DNA of 55,290 nt from an uncultured virus (IMG/VR IMGVR_UViG_3300023180_000023) (taxonomy: Duplodnaviria > Heunggongvirae > Uroviricota > Caudoviricetes): the IMG/VR virus record IMGVR_UViG_3300023180_000023; one strand, given 5' to 3'. The translations under genes were made by a program, and so were the position numbers. The notes beneath the pieces are model-generated. The model made no database searches. It was given only the letters and a program-made list of their open reading frames with translations, and was not told the DNA's origin. Positions 1 through 10,100 of the stretch are shown here, piece after piece; position 1 is the first letter of the stretch, and the number at the start of each line of letters is the position of its first letter.

Positions 1-2600
1 CCTGCACTATCTGTGGTGCCAACTGAGAATGTTAGTCCTCTAATATCGAAGTTGATGTACATGCCACGCATGTTGTAGCAGTTACCACCATCCATTCTGG
101 TGTAAATATACGCACCGTAGGAAGCATTAACTGTAGTTCCTCTTACTCTCTCTTCAGCGTCAACACCAACTCTATTATAAGTGTAAATACCGCACTTCCA
201 GTTAGTTCTAGAACTATATCTAGTATCTTGATAGTTATACCAACCGATCATCTGCCCAACATAACCAGCACCCTGAGAAGCAGAGTTCAATCCATTATAT
301 TGATCACTATTCATAACATACATGTTATCAACACGACCATTAGAATAGTTTCTATTATAATTTTTGAAACCATACATATTCACCCATCTACCACCGTAGA
401 TGTTATATGAAAGTGATCTAATACCCTCAGAATATCCAATATATGCATTCGCATAGTTTCTCTTATCAAGATAACCATGACGTGAATATGCATATGTCAG
501 GTTTGGATACCAACTATCAAGGAACATGTCTTGTTGGTTACCATTAGCACCATACATGATAGCGCCATAGTTCTGCCAACTCATAGAGAAGTCAGAATAT
601 ACACCAATTTGACCAGTGTTGGTAATATTGTATGTAGAACTTCTTGTGGTGTCTACATAGAGTGCTTTACCACGCTCACCTGTACCTGCACCATTAGCGG
701 GAACGGTTGTCGAATAAGGCAGTGCAGTTCCTTGTGGTGGGAGATAGTAACAAGTAAATCTATCGTTCCAACCAACATCAAGAGCAACGTTTGCACCAGT
801 GCCAGTGTTAAAAAGTCCAAGGCGATTCCAACGTCCTTTTACTCTTGCATTTGCTGGGCAATTGAATGTAAAGGTAGTATTTACAGTTCCACCTGCTTGC
901 TCTGCAAAGTTATAAGTTCCTGCAGCAGTTGGAGTTTGAGTTGTAGCAAGTTCATCCCAACCTGGGTTTCTTACTCTTAAAAGGAATCTTTCTGGATATG
1001 GATTTGTATCTGAAGAATCTGGTCTATAGCAGTTAATGTTTCTATTAAATGTACCAGAGTTTGCCCAATCAGTATCACCTTCTCCACCATTGGTTCCACC
1101 TGCTGCTGTACCAAGACCAGTGTTTACCAGAGTTAGTCCTTGGTTATACATGAACTTATGACCTTCTGCTGCTCCAGTCATGGAGTTTGCAGTGGTTGGT
1201 TCAACATAAACCCAGCAGTTTTGATCTACGTTATTAAAAGTAAATACTCCAGTTCCAACACCATTTTCATCAAGAACTTCCGTTGCAGTTCTATTGTAGT
1301 TTAAAATCTCAATCTTAAGAATTCTATATCCGTCATCATCATAGTTTGCTCCAATAGGACCATACTGCTTTAATACATCTGCAGCAACAATCTTAGAGTC
1401 ACCAGTGTTTACACCTTCACCTGTTGTAACAGAAGCAATGTTTGTATAGTAAATTGGTCTACCACCTTGAGTAGAACCTGAGGTTGCCTCAAAGTATCTA
1501 CTCCAGTTTCTGTAGTATCCAACTGTTCTATGTAAATATTGAGTACGCCATGAATGCATTTGACGGTTATTGTAATAACCTAACCAATATGTCAAGGACC
1601 AACCCGAATTTCGGTAGTCCATTTGCCAATACCCACGAAGCATATCTGAAGTCGATGGACCCCAGTACATAATGCCAACATTGCTACGTAATCTTGTAGC
1701 ACCATTTACATCGAGTTTTGCATAACCATCAAAACTACCAGTAAGATTAATAGCAGCTCTGTAACTATCAAGATAGAAGATATCTCTTAATTGTTCTGTA
1801 GAACTATCATAGTTTCTGCCGTATGCTCTAAATCTCCACTGCTCTGGTCCAATCTTATCAGATCTTGAACGCATCCAAAGTGCTTCGTTAGTACCACCAG
1901 ATTGATTGGAAGGTACTCTCCATCTAAAATACCAATAGTTAGCATCAGTTTGAGTTGTAAATCTCCAGCGATACTCGCCATTGCTGGATCTTAATTCTGG
2001 ACCTAGTTCTGGTTGGTTTGCATTTGACCCATTATCAAGAGTTACAATATCTAAAGGTGAGTTTGGTGCTGTTGTTTTAATGCCGACACGCTTGTCAGCA
2101 CGAACTGACATAACAACCGCATCAGATCCTAGATTAGTTGTATTGTTTCCCGAATCGCCAGCATATACGTCTAATCTTTGACCAACACCTGAAACGTTTG
2201 AAGATGAAAATCCAGTAGAATATCTTGGGTTTGTATTATCAGGAAAGGTTAATACTGGGGATGCTGGATTTGCACTATCTGCATGAATATGTAATCTAGA
2301 GATTGCGCTAGATCCACCAACCGCAGTTTTACCACCATATGGTCCTAACTTTGCAATGCCATCTAATCCAGCAGACATAACTGGAATACCAGAAATGTCA
2401 TTGGCAGCAAAGGAATCACCACTAGTAGTGTTAGTATCTAATGTAAACAGCTGACCTAATGCAGCATTAAAAGATATAGCATTGTCATCCAAAACTTTCA
2501 GAGTAATTGGATTATTATCAAATCCTTTAAACTCAATTTTTGGTTCTTCCGTGTCTCCCACATTGGGAGTTATTAAAATATCCTTGTCAGTATTTGCCAT
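1..2600 (-). CDS. Tail fibre-like virion protein, >866 aa, runs off the left edge of the window (absent from the ORF track)
   Basis: ATG at 2598-2600 gives MANTDKDILITPNVGDTEEPKIEFKG..., an N-terminus I recognise from cyanophage fibre proteins. It contains an RVGIKTTAP..PLDI fibre repeat, and the frame reads open by hand translation to position 3 (...MYINFDIRGLTFSVGTTDSA). A late promoter lies just upstream. Confidence 0.8.
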   Translation of the reverse strand, partial: MANTDKDILITPNVGDTEEPKIEFKGFDNNPITLKVLDDNAISFNAALGQLFTLDTNTTSGDSFAANDISGIPVMSAGLDGIAKLGPYGGKTAVGGSSAISRLHIHADSANPASPVLTFPDNTNPRYSTGFSSSNVSGVGQRLDVYAGDSGNNTTNLGSDAVVMSVRADKRVGIKTTAPNSPLDIVTLDNGSNANQPELGPELRSSNGEYRWRFTTQTDANYWYFRWRVPSNQSGGTNEALWMRSRSDKIGPEQWRFRAYGRNYDSSTEQLRDIFYLDSYRAAINLTGSFDGYAKLDVNGATRLRSNVGIMYWGPSTSDMLRGYWQMDYRNSGWSLTYWLGYYNNRQMHSWRTQYLHRTVGYYRNWSRYFEATSGSTQGGRPIYYTNIASVTTGEGVNTGDSKIVAADVLKQYGPIGANYDDDGYRILKIEILNYNRTATEVLDENGVGTGVFTFNNVDQNCWVYVEPTTANSMTGAAEGHKFMYNQGLTLVNTGLGTAAGGTNGGEGDTDWANSGTFNRNINCYRPDSSDTNPYPERFLLRVRNPGWDELATTQTPTAAGTYNFAEQAGGTVNTTFTFNCPANARVKGRWNRLGLFNTGTGANVALDVGWNDRFTCYYLPPQGTALPYSTTVPANGAGTGERGKALYVDTTRSSTYNITNTGQIGVYSDFSMSWQNYGAIMYGANGNQQDMFLDSWYPNLTYAYSRHGYLDKRNYANAYIGYSEGIRSLSYNIYGGRWVNMYGFKNYNRNYSNGRVDNMYVMNSDQYNGLNSASQGAGYVGQMIGWYNYQDTRYSSRTNWKCGIYTYNRVGVDAEERVRGTTVNASYGAYIYTRMDGGNCYNMRGMYINFDIRGLTFSVGTTDSA

Positions 2601-2627
2601 TAGATTTGGAGACCTTTTCCTAAAAAG

Positions 2628-2635
2628 TATTTATA
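2628..2635 (-). promoter_or_regulatory. T4-type late promoter TATAAATA
   Basis: Exact gp55 late consensus 27 nt upstream of the ATG at 2600; overlaps the stop codon of the upstream gene. Confidence 0.75.
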
Positions 2636-3389
2636 ATGCGCTGAAACGAGGAGCAAGGGCATTATAATTTGCCTTTACTTCGTTTTGGGATAATGCCTTA
2701 GTGTAGTAATAGTAATTTGCAACATCACCATTTAAATAATGCTGGAAGTGTCCATTTCTTCTCATAAGACGAATTACTGCACCCCCATCAACTCTGGGAA
2801 TAAAATCTGTATCTTCTGCTGTCAATTGTCCATTGATATAAAATTTTAGATTTCCACTATTAGCACCATAGGTGCCCGAAGTTTGAGTAAATACAAAACA
2901 ATAGTTTGTCCAGATGCTATAATATGCAGTAATATTAGGAGTCATTTGGGACCAACCATTTGTACCATTAGCACGAAAATAATCAGAAATTGGTTCTAAA
3001 TGAATACCTCTTTCGTCACCACTTCCCTGTTTGTGAAACCAACCAACACCATTACCAGATTGAGTTCCAATAACTTTCAACCATCCATTTACAGTCCAAC
3101 CATTGTTCCCTGGTGCTAATTCTGAAGAGTGATTGATAGTCCAGTGAGCACCATTAGTTGCTGTTGCATTAGGATCAGTACCGCCATATGTATTTTGTGG
3201 TCTATGTTCAAAATATCCTGCAGAATTCCAAGTTGAATATGAACCAGCATCAGTCCTAGTTGCATGATTATCATTTCCAGACAGATCATACCAAATATCA
3301 CCAGTACCAGGATAACTCCTAGGATTGGTTGCATCTAAACATAATACTAAATTGTCTAAGACCATCTTGGTCCCGTGATATGCAGTCAT
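2631..3389 (-). CDS. LamG/concanavalin A-like lectin domain protein (252 aa)
   Basis: LVLCLDATNPRSYPGTGDIWYDLSGN N-terminus, KFYINGQL, and YYYYTKALSQNEVKANYNALAPRF C-terminus are typical of phage LamG-like proteins. Confidence 0.8.
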   Translation of the reverse strand: MTAYHGTKMVLDNLVLCLDATNPRSYPGTGDIWYDLSGNDNHATRTDAGSYSTWNSAGYFEHRPQNTYGGTDPNATATNGAHWTINHSSELAPGNNGWTVNGWLKVIGTQSGNGVGWFHKQGSGDERGIHLEPISDYFRANGTNGWSQMTPNITAYYSIWTNYCFVFTQTSGTYGANSGNLKFYINGQLTAEDTDFIPRVDGGAVIRLMRRNGHFQHYLNGDVANYYYYTKALSQNEVKANYNALAPRFSAL

Positions 3390-3408
3390 AGTTCTAGTTT
3401 ACCTTTTA

Positions 3409-3415
3409 TATTTAG
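3409..3415 (-). promoter_or_regulatory. Late promoter variant CTAAATA
   Basis: Cyanophage-type late promoter core upstream of the ATG at 3389; overlaps the upstream stop codon. Confidence 0.55.
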
Positions 3416-4149
3416 ATGAAGCGAGCAGAGTACGCATCATATAATTGCTTACACTCCCTAGCATTTAATGCTTTGTCATGCCAAAAGAAAGAATTAAGTT
3501 TGCCATCAAAACGAAGACAGCATGGGTTTCTACCAATGTTTGGAGGACTTCCTTGCATAGTGGTTTGTGCTCCAAATGCACCAACATCTCCTAATAATTC
3601 ACCATCATGATAAAGATATAATGTTGGACCATTACCATATTCGTTACCGCGATCAAACACTCCAGTTGCCAAGTGCCAGTTTCCATCACCAGTTCCAGCA
3701 CTAGTAAATGCAATTCCTTCCCGATAAGCGAGACCCATCAACCAATAGTAACCTCCACTGGAAGGTCCAAATCTAAATCCATCTGCACTACCAGCATTAG
3801 CAACTAAACTAATTTGCCCACCAGAACCATCATGAGTAAACCAAAAAGAAATTGAAAAACTTCCAGTTCTGGTAAGACCCATTGAGTCCATATTTGTTGG
3901 TGAATTAAATCCCAAAGGAGCATTATATGATCTTGGTGTAGCATCTCCATTGTCGTTACCACCAAAGTCCCAATAATTGTGGTTTGGTTGTGTAATTCTT
4001 GGGACAGTTCCTACAATATCATAATGATTTTCATTACCACTTAAATCATAAATTTTAGATCCAGATCCAGGAAAACTGTTATCATTATTTGCATCCAATA
4101 AAATTTTCAAATCATTTAAAGGGACTCTCGTCCCATATACAGTACTCAT
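3412..4149 (-). CDS. LamG/concanavalin A-like lectin domain protein (245 aa), tandem paralog of 2631-3389
   Basis: Motifs LLDANNDNSFPGSGSKIYDLSGN, FSISFWF, WHLATGVFD, LYHDGEL and DKALNARECKQLYDAYSARF. Confidence 0.8.
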   Translation of the reverse strand: MSTVYGTRVPLNDLKILLDANNDNSFPGSGSKIYDLSGNENHYDIVGTVPRITQPNHNYWDFGGNDNGDATPRSYNAPLGFNSPTNMDSMGLTRTGSFSISFWFTHDGSGGQISLVANAGSADGFRFGPSSGGYYWLMGLAYREGIAFTSAGTGDGNWHLATGVFDRGNEYGNGPTLYLYHDGELLGDVGAFGAQTTMQGSPPNIGRNPCCLRFDGKLNSFFWHDKALNARECKQLYDAYSARFI

Positions 4150-7100
4150 TCCTGAACCTCCTTAATTTCCATTTCTACTTCCATCTTAGGAACATCCTTA
4201 CGCTCTGCTTGTACAAAGTAGAACGCCGCCCCGCCACCAGTCGTGACTTTATTGTCAGCGACATCAATTACCCAGCGATTGCCAGAGTCACCAATTGCAG
4301 TCAGTTGAACTGTAATGGTGTCTTCATCAACAAGTTGTAACCAGTAATCTGGTAATGTAATTACACCATCTGTGACACGTCCTCTGACGTATACACCATG
4401 TTCTGGACCCTCAAGTGAACCATGCTGAAGTTTGTAATTTTCCTTAGTTGGGTGATCGATAAGGAAGGACTTACTCTTAGCAGAGAAAGTACCGTTAACA
4501 GTCAGTGTGTGCGTAGGAACGTTTGTTCCAGTGTACATACCAACTCTTGATGTTGTTACATCAGCAGCATCAGATCTTTGATACATGCTGAATACATAAT
4601 CACCATTACTATTAGTAATTCTAAAGATATCATTTGGTGAAGATGCACCGTCATTAAAGAGAACCCATCTAGTGGTTCCTTGACGTGCAAACGCCATACC
4701 AATGTCTCTGTCAAACGCATTATCGAGAGTTAAGAATGATGGATAACCACTATCAACATCAAAGTTCTTAAAGAGAACGCCTGCACCAGATGCTGCTTGA
4801 TTCCAACCTGCACCACCAGAAGCATTAACCGTAAGTTTTGATGTGATGTTTGCAGCAGTGACTCCGATACCTACGTTACCATTGTAACGGATTCTAACTC
4901 TCTCATAGAAAGTAGTATCACGTACACCAAATACTAAGTCAGTTTGATAATCACCTGCCTTAACTGCAGCAATTCGTGCAGAGGAGATTCTTGCACCATC
5001 AGATGCTCTACCTGCTTGTAACCACAGACCAGCAAACGTTGAGGAGTTTCCTGCTTCAGTATTATATACTGCAAGTTCTTGTGGATATGGTTCGTATGAA
5101 TATTGACCAGTAACACTTGCTGACCATGCAGTTGAATCAGTAACTTGCTGCTTCAACTGACCAGTCAAAGTACCACCAGACAGTGGTAAGTTCTCAGAAG
5201 CAGAACCAATCAGATCACCATAAGCATAGTTAAATCCAATGTTGCCATTTGAATCTCTGATTACACCCTTACTATTTGCTCCTGTATCATATACTTGGTT
5301 GACTGAATCAATACCAACACCAAAGGTAATGTTACCTGCGTGCCAAATGTTATTACCATTGACTTGAGCAGCATTTGCCTGGAAGTTGATAGTACCAGTA
5401 CCAACAGTAGAAGTACCGCCAGTAGCAATAATCCTTACATCATAACCATCTGGGTTTGGATCACCACTTGGAAGTGTGAATGCGTTACCACTTGAATTGA
5501 ATCTAATCTGACCAGATCTTGCTTCACTTTCGTTACCAAGAGTAATTACTGGATTGCCAGTACCATCGGTATGTAACTTATGCTTATTAATTGAATATGC
5601 ATTAGATGATGTAATTCCAAAGTCAGCAATTGGGAAGTATGTTGCAGGTTCTACTGCAGTACCAAACTTAACAACAGTATTGTTTAAGATACCTGAGATG
5701 AGTTCTGCAGTTACTCTAGTGTGAGATAACTGAGAGGATCTCAACCATGTTACTCCATTTTGAGATCCATCAGCTGGACCATGAATTGGAATAATGTTTG
5801 GACGTGGACTTACATATGTAAATCCAACACTACCATCAGTTGCAGTTCCAGTATTATGAGATGGTCCATTACCAGATGATGAAGTTGTACCAGCAGTAGT
5901 TACCTCATACAGGTTCTGATTAGCAATTACTAAAGTACCAATACCCAGAACTAAATTATTATCATATACTTTTGGAGTTCTGATGAACTCATCAGTATTA
6001 TAGATGTTGTTATTGTATTGAACTTCTCTACTTGGTGGAATACCAGTAGAAACAAATCTAAAGGCAGCAGTACCATTTGTAACGGTTCCACTTGTATGTG
6101 AAAGTGAAACTGTTCCAGATTCACCTGCAGTAGTTACTTCATAGAGATATACATCTTCTCCTAATGTTCCAGCAATGATGCTATAAACTAATTGACCCTG
6201 AGTGTATAAAGTTTCTGGATCAAAATCGACTGCAGTTACTGCACTATAACCAACTTCCCATACGTAATTTGCTTCATACTCTGGAACTACATCAAGAATG
6301 TTAATAGTACCCTGGTTAACATTAGTATCAGTGTACAGATTCAAAGTGAAGAATGTTTGACCTAATGCATTTGCACTGGAACTTCCAGTGTCAAGCATTT
6401 GAAGGTCATCTGCAGTAAGAAGAAGGTTATCAATAATAAATTCATAAATGGAACCATTATTAATCTGAACATTAGGATTAAATCTAGTAATACTAACTGA
6501 ATCAGTAATGCTCTTTGGTGACAAGTTACCAGGCAATCTTCTATTGCTTAAGTAACCATAATTCATGTTTGTTCCTGATCTTAAGAAGGTATCTGATTTA
6601 CCTCTTAAAAATCCTGCATCTAAATCAGATCCTGCACCATCATTTCCACTAGACCATAACTTATACCAAGAACTCCACTGGTTAGCACTAACTGTAGCAA
6701 GAGTTGCAGTTAATTCTGCTCCAAGAGAACCTGCGTAGTCATATACAGCAGTTCCACTTGTTGCTTGTGCTGTTCCGCTAGTGTGTGATGGTTCTTGAGT
6801 TCCTGAAGTACCTGCAGTAACTACATCATACAATCTTCCAAAACCAATCGTTTCTGGAACATATACTTTTTGACCAATATTATAAGATTGACCAGATGCC
6901 CATCTTACCCAACCAGAATCATATTGACGACCATTATCTACACCAAATATATTGGTTGGAAGTACGCAAGTGAATGTTGGAGGTGCATTACCAGTAAGGT
7001 TATATCCATAACCAGTATCAACAATAATTACTGAAGTGATCTTGCCATTAGTTCCAACGGTAATATTTGCTTTAAGACCATGACCCTCACCACCACCAAG

Positions 7101-10100
7101 TTCTACTGCCTTGTATTCGCCAGGAGTATAACCATTACCTGATTTTGTAATTGCAATGGAACCAACAAAGTTTCCACCATGACCGCGAATCCACTGGTTA
7201 TTGTTATCAGTAAATGCAAACTGAGTGATTGCATAACCATCAAATGTTGTTCCAGTACCGATACCTCTTCTGGTTGTATACTTGGTATGATCAGTTCCGC
7301 CGTCTAAAAGACCATCATCGGTGTTCTTTTTCCATGCAGCAGATGTACCAAGAGGTGCGTTAGATGGTGCAAGAGTTTGCTGTCTAACGTCAGAGATTGT
7401 AAGATTCAGTGCAGTACCTGCTTGACCCGTAATATCAATGATATATTCGCCAGAAAGGTAGTCAGGACCAAGAGTACCCGCATCAATATTAGATGCGTCT
7501 GTATAGAACTCTTTATCTTCTCCATCGAGTTGGTCAGCATCCAGACCAGATCCTGCACCTTCTTTCAGAGTAATTGCACCATCTGGACCAAAGTTCCACT
7601 GCTCTTTGTAGAATCTCCAAACACCCAAATTACTAAAGTCATCACCAGCAATGGTTAAGTTATCACCACGTTTGATGTCAATTGTAATATCATTAAAGAT
7701 CTTAGATGTATCTGCAACTTTTGCTTCCAGATCTGCATCATCGTCTCCATTTGGATTCGTGATTGCTGCAGGTAATGTTGTAATTGAGAAGTCAGCGTTA
7801 TAATTCAGACCACCTTCTACAACAGCAACTCTTGAAATTACACCATCTGCAATAGTTGCGGTAGCGGCAGCACTGTTACCAACACCAGTGAATTCAATGT
7901 TAGGTGCGGAAGTAAATCCACTACCACCATCAAGAATTCTAATCTCGGTAACTGAACCATTGGTTGTAATTGCTTTTGCAACAACATTAACCAGAACATT
8001 TCCGTTGCCATCTTTGAAGATGACTGTTGGTGGTTCTTCAGCAAATACAACTGGAGTAACGTTTTCGTCAACAACAAGGCGATAACCAGTACCACCGTTG
8101 GTGACTGCGATACTCTTGACGGCACCATCACTAACTGTGAAGTCAGCAAGGAATCCTTCTCCTGCTCCACCAACTACTTGCTGAGATTGTAAAGTTCCTG
8201 TTCCTCCACCCAAAGTAGAAATACCATAATTTTCACCACCGTCAATAATTTCAACAGATCCAATATATGTACTTCTTTGATTTGAAGAACTGATAACAAG
8301 TGGTGTCTCTGCAGCATTCTTTCTGATAGAAGAAACAACAGGAACGAACTTAGAATCACCTCTCAGATAAGTGTTAGAACTTGCTGGGTAATTAGAAGTG
8401 ATGTTTGCTAATCTTGCTGGATTGATAATACCAGTGGTAATAGAACCAGCGTCAATGTTAGTTGATGTTAACTGAACCCAGTTTGATTCAAGTTGACCAG
8501 AAGTATTAACTACGTTAGTAACTGCTACAGTTTGAGGTGTACCACTAAAATCTTGAATATCATCTGCAACTGCAAATTTAACATTACCAATTAAAGTAAC
8601 ATGTAATCTACTTCTAATTGAAACTGTAGCACTTGCACCAGTTCCACCAGTTCCAGTGTTATCAATATTAAGAACTGGTACTGAAGTATATCCAGAACCT
8701 CTGTTAGTAACGTTGATAACCGAAACACGGTTATTGTCAATTTGTGCAGTAACAGTTGCTTGCGTTCCGACGTATTCAAAATCTACAGTTCCATCAGTTT
8801 GGGTTCCAGATGTATGTGAAGGTCCACTTCCAGAAGTCGCAGAAGTTCCATTAGTTGCTACTGTATACAGGTTGCCGCCGTTTGCAATTTGCTGACCTGC
8901 AGTATATACTGTGTTATTTGCATACTCAATACCAACTGTAATTGTAGGTGCTGTTGTATAAGAATTACCACCACTAATAATACTTACATTTGGAGAAAGT
9001 TCACCGTGAGTATACTCAATAACAGTACCTTGTGCGGTACTTGGTGAACCACTTACAACATCATTTACACTAAAGGTATATGATGCATCTGGGGTAAACT
9101 CAAGAATTTGAGCATAGGTATCATTGTTCAGAATGTAGGAGATATTGTTTGGTGCCAATTGAATTACAATGTCACCTGCAAGTGCTCCTTCAAGATCAAG
9201 ACGTGCCTGAAGGTCTGCAACAGTAAAGACGTTAAATGGTCTCAGTGCTGGAATCTGGTCAATATTAATACGACCAGTAGAATCTAACTGTACAAGATTA
9301 CCTGGGGATGGAGTTGTACCATATGGTTTGTTCTTGTAGTTACCATAGTTATTGGTAATGTATTCTCTGATAGATGCCTGAGTTGCCAGAATTCTATCGC
9401 TATTCAGTTCTGTAGAACCGAGAGTAATATCACCAAGTTTCTCATCTCCAGAGAAACCAACAATTTCAATATCACCACCCTTAATCTTCAGGAACGCAAC
9501 TTCTTCGATTTCAACAGTACCACCGAAGGTGATGTTACCAGTTCTGTTCTCAATGTTAGCGAAGTAACCAACCTTGAAGTTACCAAGTTCATCAGTACCT
9601 GATGCATAAACACGACCATTCTGTTGTGATACCTGTTCGTAATCTGCAGTATCTTCCGATCCTCTCTTACCACCATTCTGTGGAAGAGCATTGTAGTCAA
9701 CACCAGAACCTGAGAATTCCCAGGTGTGTGAGGATGAGTTACAAATAGATGGTCTATGAAGATTGATCGGGTGATTAAGTAACTTGTAACGAGTTGAGTT
9801 ATCAAGTAAGAATTGACCATTATCTCTTACTGCACCAGATGGAAGTGGTGTTGTAACTGTTGGGTTATCAAGAATTTCATCAATCAGGGTATTCAGGGTA
9901 TCGATTGCTGCCTGAACGTTAGCACAATCAGAAGTGCTATACAGATCAGAAGCAGTTCCTACTGCACCTGCAGGTGATGATACATCATGAATTACTGCAA
10001 GATCAATATATGGTGCAACAGTTGTATACTGTGCAACATAATATCCAGCAGTTGTTTCTGCTCCAGTCAGGGTAGTTCCAATTTCTCTGAGTTGATTGTT

